Shown in pieces: positions 25,287 through 37,511 of a DNA stretch of 64,000 nt (positions within the stretch are counted from its first letter, which is position 1; every line of letters begins with the position of its first letter). The position numbers and the translations under genes were made by a program. The DNA comes from Takakia lepidozioides. Its lineage: Eukaryota; Plantae; Bryophyta. Under the pieces are notes generated by a model. That model did no database searches and was not told the origin of the DNA. It saw only the letters and a list, made by a program, of their open reading frames with translations. Location of the stretch: contig CM060734.1 in NCBI GenBank assembly GCA_030704615.1, positions 29,636,001 through 29,700,000 of the forward strand, written 5' to 3'.

Positions 25287-28091
25287 TCAACGCTTCTTTC
25301 GCTTTTGAGGTCGCCCTTCGAAAACTGCAACCGCCTCGGATGCGTTTCCCATTTCTGAGGCACGCACCCAAGATGCCTCCACATGATGATAGCCCTTCCA
25401 TTTGACGAGATACTCCGTTTCTTGGTTCTTGAACCTCCTTGACTTAAGTACTGCCTCCACCTCGTACTCAGGTTCATTTTCATGATCCAACAGCACAGGT
25501 GGCGGACGCAACACTTGATGCCGATTCGGACGCGCTTCATCTTTGAAGTAAGGCTTCAAAAGGGAGACGTGGAATACTGGATGCACCTTGCTATTTGCCG
25601 GCAGCTCCAATTCATACACATCCTCATTCATAACCTTCCGGATGCGAAAGGGTCCCGCATACGGAGGTACGAACTTTAGACTCACTTCCGGAGGTAGTCG
25701 GAAATTCTTGATGTTCAACCAGACCTCCGTGCCTGCCTCAAACTTCACTTCCCTCCGCTTCCGATTCGCCTGCCTTTCATACCGTTTCCTAGCTTTGGCA
25801 ATGTTGTACTTTGCGAGCTTCAACAAACGCTCGCGTTCTTCCAGTACCGCCGCTACTGCCGGTTCCTCAACGTTCTGGGCGGCCCAACTTGTTGGCACCA
25901 GAGGTGCTTTTCCATAGACCAATACAAAAGGGGAAACTCCCGTTGCGGAGTGTTCTGTGTTATTATAACAGAACTCTGTCACGTCTAAGTGTTCCACCCA
26001 GTCTGTTTGGTCTGCCGACACGTAATTCCGCAAGATCTGCTTCACTACGGAATTCACTCTTTCCGTTTGGCCGTCGGTCGTAGGTCGGAAGGCGGTGCTC
26101 ATCTTCAGCCTCGTCCCCATCTTCTTCCAAAGTGCCCTCCAAAATTTACTCGTAAACTTTGGATCGCGGTCCAAGACTATATCCTTCAGGACTCCATGAT
26201 GCTTTAAGACGTGTGCGAAGTAAAGTCGTCATGTTTCCTGCGCCGTTGCCGTCTCCTTGGTGGGGATGAAATGGCCCATTTTACTGAACCTATCCACCAC
26301 CACCATGATTGCATCGAATCCTTTTGACAGCGGCATAGCAGTCATAAAATCCATCGAGACGCTTTCCCAAGTCCCCTCTGGAATCGGCAAGGGTTGTAAC
26401 AGCCCCGCTTGCTTTTTGTACTCGCTCCGGTTTTGTTAGCATGTGGTGCATGTCTTGACATACTCCTCTGCCTCCTCCCTCAGTTTGGGCCAGAAATACT
26501 CTTTCTTCAAGAGTGCCGCAGTGCGCTTGGCTCCGCCGTGGCCCGCAAGCGGGCTATCATGACATTCTCTCAAGAGGCTATCTTTGATCCCTCCCTTCGG
26601 CACGTAGAGACGCTTTTGCTTATACCGGAGCAGTCCATTTTGCAAGTGGAACTGCGATTTAACCCCCATCCTCAAGTCCTGCATCACGGACTTCGTCAGC
26701 TCATCCTTCCGGCAAGCCTTCCGGATCTTCCTTTGGAGCGCCGTCTCGCCCCTGTACACCAACAAAAACTACTACTTTCTACTTAAGGCATCGGCCACCA
26801 CGTTGTCCCGTCCCGGTTTGTACTGGATATCCACGTCAAACACCGCCAAAGTATCTTGTCACCTAAGTTGTTTTGGGGACAACTTGGGCTGCGTGGCAAA
26901 ATACTTCACCGTGACATTGTCCGTGAACACCTTCACTGGGTTGGAACCAACATAGTGGCGCCAAAGCTCAAGACAGTGCACCACCACCTTCATCTCTTTC
27001 TCGTGCGTCGGCCACCGTCGCTCCACTTCATTCAGGTTCTTACTTTCGTAAGCCACTAGGCGTCCATCTTGCATCAGTACACCCCCAATCGCGAAGTCCG
27101 ACGCATCTGTATGAATCTCGAATGGACGATCGAACTCCGGGATTTTCAAGACTGGAGCTTCCACCATCCGCTGCTTCAATTCAGCAAAAACTTGGCCACA
27201 AAAGGTGTTCCATGCCCAGACTTTGGATTTACACAGAAGGTCTGATAGCGGCCCCGCGATCTTGGCAAAATTTCTCACATACTTCCGGTAGTAAGAGGCG
27301 AGTCCTAGGAAGGATCGCACTCCCGGGACCGAAGTCGGAGGCTCCCAGTCCAAGATTGCCCTCACGTTCCTGTCATCCATTCTGATCCCATCCTGTGTAA
27401 TCACATGCCCCAGGAACTCCACTTTTGTGACCCCGAATTTGCACTTTGAAGCTTTGGCATACAGCTTCATTTCCCGCAATTTCTGGAACACCCTTTTGAG
27501 GTGCTCCAGGTGCTCCTCCTTTGTTTTCGAATACACCAAGATGTCGTCGATGTACACGTTCACAAAGTCATCCAACCACTCCTGGAAAAGGCTGTTCATC
27601 AGCGTGCTAAAGGTCGCGGGAGCGTTGGTGAGTCCAAAAGGCATCACCAAGAACTCATATGAACCATACCTTGTCATGCACGCGGTCTTCTCCTCATCTC
27701 CTTCCGCCACTCGAATTTGATGATAGCCGGAGCGCAGATCGATCCGGCTGAAATACTTCGCTCCTGCCAACCGATCGAAAAGGTCGTCGATCCTTGGCAA
27801 AGGGTACCGGTTTTTTATAGTCACCTTATTCAAAACCCTATAATCGACACACATCCGCAGCGTCCCATCCTTATTGTCTGCGAATAGCACCGGGGCTCCG
27901 TAAGGTGACTTACTCGGCCCGATGTACCCCTTTGACATTAGATCTTTGAGCTGAGGTTTCAGCTCGACCAACTCTCTGTGGCTCAACCGGTAGGGCGCCT
28001 TGGCAGGCGGTTCCGATCCCGGTATCACCTCAATTTTGTGGTCAACTCCTCTTTGCGGTGGCAAGCCGCTTGGTAAATCCTCCGGCATCAC
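25287..28091 (-). pseudogene. Chromovirus (Tcn1/Galadriel-like) pol: RT, RNase H, integrase, class-I chromodomain; frameshifted and 5'-truncated
   Basis: [35 protein letters not shown]...CTTC, DRDPKFTS, GQTERVN, YAGPFRI and EYEVEAVL...YLVKWKGY. Confidence 0.95.
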
Positions 28092-28099
28092 ATCCTGGT

Positions 28100-29081
28100 A
28101 TTACAACAGGCATTGATATCATCCGGCACAGAGGTATGTCCAGACGCCCTCCAGATACGAGCATGTCCCTTATAACCTCCTGAGAGTTTACCTTCTGGAA
28201 TGACATGAGTTCTTTCACCTTGTCAAGGTAGTGCACTTCGGATTCATCTGCTTCATCTGTATTCTCTGAGCTTTTTGCGGACTCGTCCCCATCTCCAGAT
28301 CCTTTCCCCTCTGATCCTGTAGGCTTCGACCTCACAGTTTTCTGCACGATGCCATTCAGTTCTGACTAAGTGATTTGCAAATAGTGAATGGCGGTAACGA
28401 CAATCACTCTGTATCAAGGAAACTCATCATGAATGGTGTGAAAGAATTCAGCACAATCTACACATGCAAAGCCGAGACTGCCGTATTCAAAACAAAAGTG
28501 AGAGCGATAGCGAACGGCGTTAACGACAATCACAAAAGATAACAACATGCCGGATCGGTGTTGTGTAATGACATATATGTGCAACTGATTGGCGGCAACG
28601 ACAATCATTGTAGTTTAGGGAGAATAGTAAGTGCAGACTCTCTATTCAAACACATAGGTACATAAATCTCATGAGGAGAATCGAATGGCGTTAACGGCGC
28701 TCGCGATTCAGTAGTTCCTGCTAAAGAATGGAAGAGGAAGGACTCCTTGAAAGGCAATCAGACAGACTATATGATAAAACTTACTGGCACCTTCTTAGGT
28801 TTTGAAATTTGATCCCCTTCTGCAGCTTTCCTCTTCCCTCTCACATCTGCTGGAGTTTCTGTCTGCGCAAGGGTTTCTTGACCTTCTGCAGGTTCGGCGT
28901 TCCGCGTGCTTCCACCTTCTTCAGTGTCCCTGCGATTCATCTCTGCCTCCACAGGCTGGCGCACTCTTATCGCCGACTGTGTCGCAGCCGCTGCCTCAGT
29001 CTCCGTCTGCTCTTGTGAATCAGTCTCCGCGTTCACCTGCTGCCTTGGCCCTGTGTTCTCCAACAAACGACGCCTCGTCAT
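28100..29081 (-). pseudogene. Truncated MULE accessory gene, 2 exons (29081-28785 and about 28365-28100); acidic/basic N-terminus with NLS-like motif
   Basis: MTRRRLLENT...KRKAAEGDQISKPKKVP, then a GTAAGT donor, then ...LDIPLCRMISMPVV, cut at the junction with pol. Confidence 0.55.
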
Positions 29082-29935
29082 TTTCTCTCTTGCTCTGCGT
29101 CTCTCTCTAAGGGAAGTAAAATAAAGAGACTTTCTTCTCTTTCGTATTCTAGAAGGAACCCTCTCCAGCTTGACTACCACTCTCCCTCTAAGCGCGAAAA
29201 GTAGAAAAACGCAGTGACTCCCGATTTCTTGCGGGATTGCCTGTGTTCTTGCGTGTCTCTAGAAGCATCGGATTCCCTCCCGCGTGACCGTTACACATAG
29301 TCGTTTCCTTATTAGTGCACATGCCAGCAATTGGTGTACAGCTGTTCGTATTCAGTTATGGATGTCTGACGTGTGCCGCCCAAAAAAAACGGCATGTTCT
29401 TTATTATAATGGGTTCAATATTTAAAAAGAACAGCGAATCCCAGAAATTGATGCGCAGTCTTAAACAAATAAATATAAATGAACGAGAGTTTGATGACAA
29501 ATTTTGGAATATCATACACGGTCATCCTTGTTATCCAAACCCCACATTCGTTTCACATTTGGAACTTTCCAGGTGCGCATGATCATTGGTAGTAGTATAT
29601 AGATACATTTACTTAATCTGCAATCCCATTCTCAGATCCTGTGGCATGCTTCCAGGAAGTCGGCTTTGTTATTGGGTTTATTGATGAGGTTCTGATTAAC
29701 GGTTTAACAGTTGCCGACACTGCCCCTAGGGATTCTCTGACCACTGGGCCCACAAGAAAAGTAATTAAAATGGATGGCTGCATATCTGGAATGAATAACA
29801 GAATATGCACAGTCGTTATCTGAGCTTCCTCCGCCATATGCTCTGCTCATTCTTCAACTGTGTTCTGGAGACAGCAGTAAACCGATTTACACTAGATCTG
29901 CGATAGCAAGGTACAAACATACTCGAGGAAGGAAG

Positions 29936-32900
29936 ATGGCTTCCTCTGAAGCGGAGTTCTTCTCAGACGACAAACCAGTGCCGTTCTCCCAGGAAGTCCT
30001 TGACAATGGATTTGCAATTGTTCTGGAACATGTCTTGGCTACCCGTTTTCAGCTGCAGAATGGCTCCATCTTTTTGGAGAAAGAGGTTTACGATCTGAAA
30101 GGGAAGTTGGTGAAATATTCTTTCCAAAACCGTGATGAGACGGCTCATATCAGCTAGTGGAGAGTGCGTCCTGGTCGATACAGAGTACTTGGAGAGCCTC
30201 GGCGAAAGTCCCTTGGGTCATATGTGACGCCCGGGACTGCTGCTTCGGTCGTTGAAGACAAGAGGGAGGTGGTGGTGAAAAAAGAACAGACTTCCTCCAC
30301 TCCAATCGTTGAGCTTTCGGATTCTTCCGATGATGACATAAGTGAAATTCCAAATCCAGTCCTTCCTATTGTGGTTGCAGAAGCTGATGAAGAAGAGATT
30401 TGTAGTGTCATTCCAAAATTGCGGGCGATGGGAGGAATGGCTGGATTCAAAAGTGAGTTGCGGGGAATTGATTGGGAATCTTTGAAGCAGGTGCCTGTGA
30501 AGTTCTTGCCGGAGACTTTTGATGGCGATATCCTATTCGAGCTGCCTCCTCCTCCGCGAGTTGGAGGTGTAACAATCATGATGCATGGAATGGACAAGAA
30601 ACACGACGGGCACCCGTGGTGCAGAACAAAAACATCCAATATTCAGAATGATGACAAGCTTGTTTCAGGAGGACAGTTTGCAATGGACACCTTAGGTGTG
30701 ATAATTTGAATTGCAGACACTTTCTTCAGTCTGGTGTTCATAATCAAAGCGAATGGGAGGGTCTGGCGGAGAATCCATTTCAGCATGGGACTGCCCCTCC
30801 ACCGGCAAACACTTTCGTCTGCAAATTCTGCAAACTTGTGCCATCCTGCTTGGCGCTCTGCGGAGCAAGAATGTACTATGTTGTCCACCGTTTGAATACA
30901 ATGACGAGAGCTTGTGTGCATTTTGGATCCCATAACCATCCTGTCTCGAAGGGGATTACAGGGAGAGTGTTGAGACAGTATCGAGGTTGATCAAACAGGA
31001 GTTCGGGAGAAACCCATCCGCAACAAACATCTGCAATTGCTCTTGGCGCAAGCAAGTCCTTCTTGGAAAGCCATATTTTGAGTGAAGGAGATTCTGTGGG
31101 GACTAAACTTGACGGTGCAGCATTGGACCTGGTCATGGATCATTTCTCCACTTTAAGTTCACATAACATTCGGCATCAGATCAATGCATTGAGAATGGGC
31201 TCTGGGATCAGAGGCTACATAGACAATATTTTGGAATTGAAACGACTGAGCAAGTACGATTACATCCAGGACAATGTATTCCTAGGTCAAGGTGCCATCA
31301 AAGTTTTTCTTTTCAAAATGTCGACTGTTGGGGAGGGCAGTGGGGTTAGCCTCGTGAAGCGGATGCAGAAGACTGGGGACTTGCAGAACTGTTTTCTTAT
31401 GTTTGATCATGTGAAACGAGTGAAGGATTGGACGACAATGGCTTGTCATGTCTACGATCCAATGTACCAACGAGTTATGACAATTGCAGTTTGTGACATG
31501 CAATCCGAGGATACGGAATCCCAGAAGCTCATGTGGAATTCCCTGATACGTGTCATGGGCTGCCATGGGCTGCCATCTCCAAATTTTGCAGGTTTCATGG
31601 CAGATAGTGCTCAAGCAAATTTCAATGCTATTCGTATTGTCTTCGGATCGGGCGACCCAAAAGTGCCTATGCCAGGAAGAGAGCGTACATGTCTATTCCA
31701 TTGGACACAATCTCTGGAAAAACATACAAAGTCGGACATCAAACCAGAGATGCAGACTCAGCACCGTAAATTGTGCAAAGAGTACAAAGATGCTAGAACA
31801 ATGAAGGAGGCGGACACTTTGTTCCAGACAATTCGTGCCTGGTGGTTCTCTTCTGGAGCTGCATCACTTGAGAGTATGAGAGCATTGGAAGATTGGCTGC
31901 GTTTTGGCACTTCCGGTATAGACAGTGGGGAGCAGCCATGACAATGGTACGAGGCTTCTATTTCATGCTTTGCTTTCCATATTTTTGACTCATTGCTTTC
32001 TTTATGTTGTTTCCTGTGCACTATTCTGAAGTGTGGTTATCCTCTTTGCAGAACATGTCCATTGAGGAAATGGTGGACATGCCATCTTGCAATTTGGCAG
32101 AAACTGTGCACAATGCATGGTTGCAGCAGTCTGGGAAACGAGGTCGGGATTTGTATGTGGCAACAACAGATGATTTGATACGTGCCTTGCAACAACAAAC
32201 CCGATACCGTGATTTCTTACGAGGTGGGGTTGGTGGCAAGGGTCCGGACAAATGGGAGTTGATGTTGCGTGCTGCAAACAGATCTGGGGATCCAATCAAG
32301 ATAGCACGGGCGGTGAGCATGTATGCCCAGGGAACGCCACTTGTTTCTAGAGTTCCACATCTTGAAGGGGAGGAGAGATTCGGCTCTTGTAAGAGGAAAT
32401 TGAACACTCCACCTGGTTCGGATTCAGATTCCCACAGGGCAGACCGTGATAACTTCTCGAGCCTCGTGTTCCCCTGCATGACAGCTCCATGTCCGGAACC
32501 TCCATTGTGGAGGAACCTCCAACACGACGGCAAGCTCCAGCATCAAACCGTGCCACTAAAATGTGCAGGAGAGAAACAACCCCCTTGATGTGCTTGAGTC
32601 CGCATGCCCCGACCACGTTTGGCACATAGAACGCACAAGTGTCGGGTCTCGTGTGAAATGTACAGCGATCGGGGCAACTAATTTTGAGAAGTGCACTTCA
32701 TCTATATCCAGAGGTGGTGCCCGAACTCCTGCTCCGACTTTCACGGGCTTGATGCGTCCATACGGTCAACCAGAAGCCAAGAACCACAAGTTCTGGTTCT
32801 GCGCAGATGATTGTGTCAGATGTGTGCATGGAACTGTGCGTCCTTCCGTAGTGATGAAGCCATCTCCTCCAACCGTTTGGCCCGTGAAGGTGGGAACACA

Positions 32901-33440
32901 TCTCAGCTTTCAGGAGATTGAAATGCTGGAGGAGGCAGGTTTTTTCCCTTGCGAGACAACCCCAATTCCATGCATGTGCTACTACTCCTGCGTCCTCCCG
33001 GGTCCCCCGGCAAATCCTGACTTGTGGCCAACCAAACGAGATGGAAAGCTCGTTCGGCGTTTCCCTCCAACCGCTGAACACTCTGGCAAAGTGGAGTCCG
33101 CAAGAATGCTCCAAGCTCGTGTCGGAAGCAACACGGAAGTACCCGATCCAGGATATGGTCGGGTATTCACAATCATCACTTCCACATCTGCTGTTCATGA
33201 CAGGACCTACGACATCACGGTTTCCAATTTCCCCAATGCACATGTCCTGATTTTGTGAATATGCTATCAACCATTTGGGCAAGAGAGGTAAATTCATACC
33301 CTGCAAACATTTGTATTTCATATTTTTGAGGAGGATGGTTTGCGATCCCAAACGTGACAACTTCATTCACCAGGCACTATGAGTTTCAACGAGGTCGATA
33401 CTCTTTTGCAGCGGGATACAACACATGGTAGCATGAACTA
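29936..33440 (+). pseudogene. MULE-type DDE transposase with N-terminal GCM/WRKY-like zinc finger and C-terminal SWIM finger, frameshifted
   Basis: DGHPW...CVHFGSHNHP; MFDHVKR (D1), FMADSAQA (D2), CLFHW (CxxH), NLAETVH (E); and YDITVSNFP...CPDF...PCKHLYFI (SWIM). Confidence 0.85.
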
Positions 33441-34107
33441 TGTAATGTGGTATGTGGATGACCATGATTTGAAATGTGTAATTCACATCAATTCGTCGGC
33501 TGTGCAATGATATGGCCTCCAACTATACGGAGTGAGGTCTGAGTGACAACTTTTAGGTAGTGCACATTTGTCATTGCACCGTTCGAAGTCTACATGTCTT
33601 GCTGTCGCTATGCACTACAATCATCTTTTGAAGATGATCATACTCTCATTGTTATTTGAGGAGGGAGGAAGTCTTCTCGTGGCAGCCTTATGCGCCACAC
33701 TTTGTGAGGATATTGTTGTTCGTCTTCGTAATTGTAAAAGTGAAACAAGCATTTGTAATTGCACAATGTTGGATGCTGCAATTGTAGGCCTCAACGCTCG
33801 TCTTGATTCTATTTAGGCAAGATTCCCTGCATTAATTCCACGGTAATGGACCATCCACGGTTATAGGCGGCGCATGTTAATGCTGACGTGGCAGTTGACG
33901 GACAGTGCCATGTCATCATTTACCGCCACATCAGCATGCTGACATGACGCTCATGCCACGTCAGCGTGTGTGCAGGCTCACGCCACGTCAGCTGGCGTGA
34001 GCGTACGCTCACGCCATGTCACTCCTGCGTGAGTGTACGCTCGCGCGCTCACGTGCAACGCTCACGCCATTGCGTCGTTGGACGCGTTGAGGGGCACAAA
34101 CTGCCTC

Positions 34108-34702
34108 TTCATCAATTCCTTGAACCCACTCCAGTTCAAGGTTTCCGGGCTTGGACCTCGGTCGTGAAGGTGTTTCTGCCACCATTGTTGAGCATAGCCC
34201 TCAAATAGGTGGGAGCCACTTCCACCCGATCCTCGTCACTCAACTTGGCCGCCGGGAAGTACTGCTCCAGCTCCAAGAGCCAGGTGTTGAGTGCCTTCCG
34301 ATTTCGGACGCCCTCGAAGGTGCCGGGTTCCTTCGGCTTCACCTTAAACTTTGCCTTAGTGGAAGTGGTATTAGCCGCCTTCAACACGTCTTTCAACGTC
34401 CCGCCAAAATTGCGCCAACAACCCTTCCCAAAAGGCTGCCGGCATGGGAGGCATCTGTTGGTCGGTCGGAGCTCTCAAGGATTCCTCAGGCTCGACTCCT
34501 CAGATTCCTCCGCTCTTGAGCGGCCTCGTTTTCGGAAACATGCATCGCTTCCTCAAACGGCCGCCTCGGTGACACGTCGCTTCCATCGGGCTCACCAGGA
34601 TCATCATCTTTGGACCGTTCCGCTTTCGCTTTGGCTTGCCCGACCCCATGATGAGGCCAATCCCAAGGACGATCGCGTACTGAACTCTAAGCTCTGATAC
34701 CA
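34108..34702 (-). mobile_element. Chromovirus gag N-terminal fragment and tRNA-iMet PBS (34691-34702)
   Basis: KEPGTFEGVRNRKALNTWLLELEQYF. TGGTATCAGAGC lies 2 nt from the LTR on the minus strand. Confidence 0.85.
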
Positions 34703-34704
34703 AG

Positions 34705-35416
34705 TGTCGCGCACCTCACTTCGGTAAGCTCCCTCCCTCAAGTCATAGTTACTCGCTTGATGCGCGCGCAACCTGGCCGCCGGGCCAACTTGGAGCTTCG
34801 GCTGCTCACCGGGACATAACGGTCCCCCCTTGATCTCCCAAAGAACCCTCCAACGATTTAGAACCAGCAGAATTCCTTTGGTAGTTGGCAGTCCGGAACA
34901 GCTCCCCACTCTTTGGTCGCTTTCGGCTCACTCGCTTACTCACTAGCTTTTGGTCACCAACGGCTTGCACCTTTCTCGGGGGTTACTACTCCCTATATAT
35001 ACTTCTGTAGCTATCCGCGGGGGTTTCACAAACAACCATGCCATTTTATGGCGAACCACGACGAACACCCTCGACTCCCGGTGATGAGTCGCGGTGAGTC
35101 TTGGCCCACTCACCACGGCCCCTATGGACCGTGATGAGTCCCAAGACTCCCCACGACTCCCACCACGAGGTCTTCGCCCCAGGGTGAGTCCTATGCCACC
35201 CCCACTAAGTCCCGCTAAGCTACCACCACCCCTTGTGGAACCACCCCCACCGCAACCTGGTGTGCGGGGCTCCACCTAGTGAGCGCCTCCGCCTCCTTGA
35301 GTGCTTTGGGCACTCAAGGTGCTTCGCCCCCATACCTATCGCTACCACTGCCCCCACCACAGGGGCAGCCCCTCTTGTGTCCCGACCCCTTGCCCTCAAG
35401 GCAAAGGGCCGCGACA
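34705..35416 (-). repeat. 5' LTR of a chromovirus (712 bp, TGTCGCG...CGCGACA)
   Basis: Perfect 7-bp terminal inverted repeat, adjacent to the PBS. PPR coding sequence resumes at 35417. Confidence 0.8.
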
Positions 35417-36955
35417 TTGAAAGCCTCCTCACCATGACCACTATGTGCACATCCTCCAATCATCACAGTCCATGAGACCACATCTCGCTTAGGCATTCTG
35501 TCAAACACATTGAGTGCATCCATCATACTCCTGCACTTGCAATACATACTGACAAGGGCATTCCCGAGTCCAACAACTGACTCAAATTCAGCTTTGATGA
35601 TGTTGGCAAGGAGCTGCTTGCCCCGTTCTAAAGCCTCCAGGCCAGCACAAGCGTTGAGGACAATAATAAAAGAGACAATATCTGCCTTCATGCCTTCTCT
35701 TTGCATGCGCTGAAAGAGTTAAAAAGACCATGACCATGCTGAGCAGATCCTACAATCATAGCAGTCCATGAGAGCCCATCTCGCTTGGGCATTGCACGTC
35801 AAATACTCGGATGGCATCCATCAAACTCTCACACCTGCAATACATGCTGACAAGGGCAGTCCCCACAGGGACATCCCCCTCAAGTCCAGCCTCAATGCAC
35901 GCACCACATCACGTTCAGCAATACTGTCAAACACTCCATTTGCATCCTTGATGCACCCACATTTGACATACATGTCCACCAGGGCAGTGTTCACAATGAC
36001 ATCGGGTACAATTCCAGATTTGATAATGTTACCATGGACCTCTTTGCACTTTTCCAGGGCTGCCAGGCTTGCACACGCATTGCAAATGCAAACAAACGTC
36101 ATGTAGTTGGGCTTCACCCCCTTCGCACATCATTTGCTCATATGTCTCCAAAGCCTCCATCCCGTGCCCTTGCTGTGCATATCCTGCAATCATCGCACTC
36201 CACGACACCACATTTCATTCAGCCATACTGTCGAACACTCCCTTCATACATGTCCACGAGGGTATTGTTCAGAATGACATTTGGTACAACTGCAACTCTG
36301 ACCATGTCGCCATGGACCTCTTTGCCCTTTTCCAGAGCTGCCAGGCTTGCACACGCATTGCTAATGCATAGAAACGTGATGTGGTTGGGCTTCACCCCTT
36401 GCCCCATCATCTGATCAAGGTCTCCAAAGCCCCCATACCATGTCCCTGCTGTGGATACCCTACAAGCATCGTCTTCAATGACACCACATCTCGTTCAGCC
36501 ATAGTGTTGAAAACTCCCTTTGCATCCTTAATGCACCCACATTTGGCATACATGTCCACCATGGTAGTGTTCACAATGACATCTGGTACAATTCCACCTT
36601 TGACGATGTCACCTTGCACCTCTTTGCCCTTTTCCAGGGCTGCCAGGCTTGCAAACGCACAGATGTGATGTGGTCGGGCTTCATTCCACCACCATCATTT
36701 GCTCACACGTCTCCAAAGCCTCCATCCCGCGCCCCTGCTGCGTATGCCCTGCAAGCATCGCGTTCCATGACACCACAGCATACATGTCCACCAGGGTAGT
36801 GTTCAGAATGACATCTGGTACAATTCCAGCTTTGACGAGGTCATCATGGACCTCTTTCCCATTTTCCAGGGCTCCCAGGCTTGCATACGCATTGCAAATG
36901 CAACCGAACGTGATGTGGTTGGGCTTCACCCCTTCGCGCATCATTTGCTCATACG
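35417..36955 (-). pseudogene. PLS-class PPR pseudogene fragments
   Basis: RDVVSWTVMIGG, ALVDMYVKCG, KPNHITF and ACASLAALEKGKEVH, with many frameshifts. Confidence 0.85.
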
Positions 36956-37168
36956 CCTGTACCTCTGTTTACTAACTTTGAAAGTCTCGAGGCTGAGCCA
37001 AACGCCTAGGCCCTTTTGGGGCCTAGTTATTGGGCAAACCACACACAGCAGGTTGATGCTTGTGTAAAGGGATTTCTAGAGGATATCTGGAAACCCGGAT
37101 CAATTGTTTAAACTGGGCGCGGAGTCAATGGCCACAAGGCTACGGCAAACAACGTCTTAGGAATACTC

Positions 37169-37495
37169 TGTCAAGTTATTTTATCACTAGTGTGAAACTA
37201 GCTAGGAAATAGCTAGCTTTTACATATTGACATTTGGGATTGGCCCAAGTGTCAATCTAGGGGTCAAGACAGATTTAGGCCCTGGAGTGGTTATCTTCAC
37301 GGCAAGCGCGGGAGGCTCATCTTTCTTGAGTTGAGCCTCACCGCGCCTAACTATGGCGCCGTAGTGTGGATTCCCCATGGCGCGGGGTGCACTTGGCTTG
37401 ATTTGTATTTGAGTGATGAGGTTATATATGCATGAGTTTATGCTTCAGCTTTGTGAGCTCGCATGAGCTTGTGCTTGTATTCTTCTTCTTTATCA
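37169..37495 (+). repeat. Repeat A1 (327 bp)
   Basis: Differs from A2 (47047-47372) by 6 substitutions and 1 indel on manual comparison. Confidence 0.95.
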
Positions 37496-37511
37496 CTCGA
37501 GAAAGATGAGC
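37496..37511 (+). promoter_or_regulatory. Putative self-priming primer-binding site
   Basis: CTCGAGAAAGATGAGC directly follows the CA of A1. It is the exact reverse complement of 47192-47207 in A2 and has 1 mismatch to 37315-37330 in A1. There is no TGG tRNA-type PBS. Confidence 0.8.

Larger units (their letters stand above)
28100..34107 (+). mobile_element. Mutator-like (MULE) element nested in the chromovirus; right end present, left end deleted
   Basis: Contains a transposase and a divergent accessory gene. The end is rich in ACGCTCACGCCA/ACGTGG repeats and closes with ...CTGCCTC at 34107, where chromovirus gag resumes. At about 28100 it is fused directly to pol. Confidence 0.75.

Noticed and set aside
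28386-28703. Repeat-spacer pattern resembling a CRISPR array
   Set aside because: Only 3-4 degenerate repeats, spacers of unequal length (54-105 bp), no cas genes, and a eukaryotic intron context.
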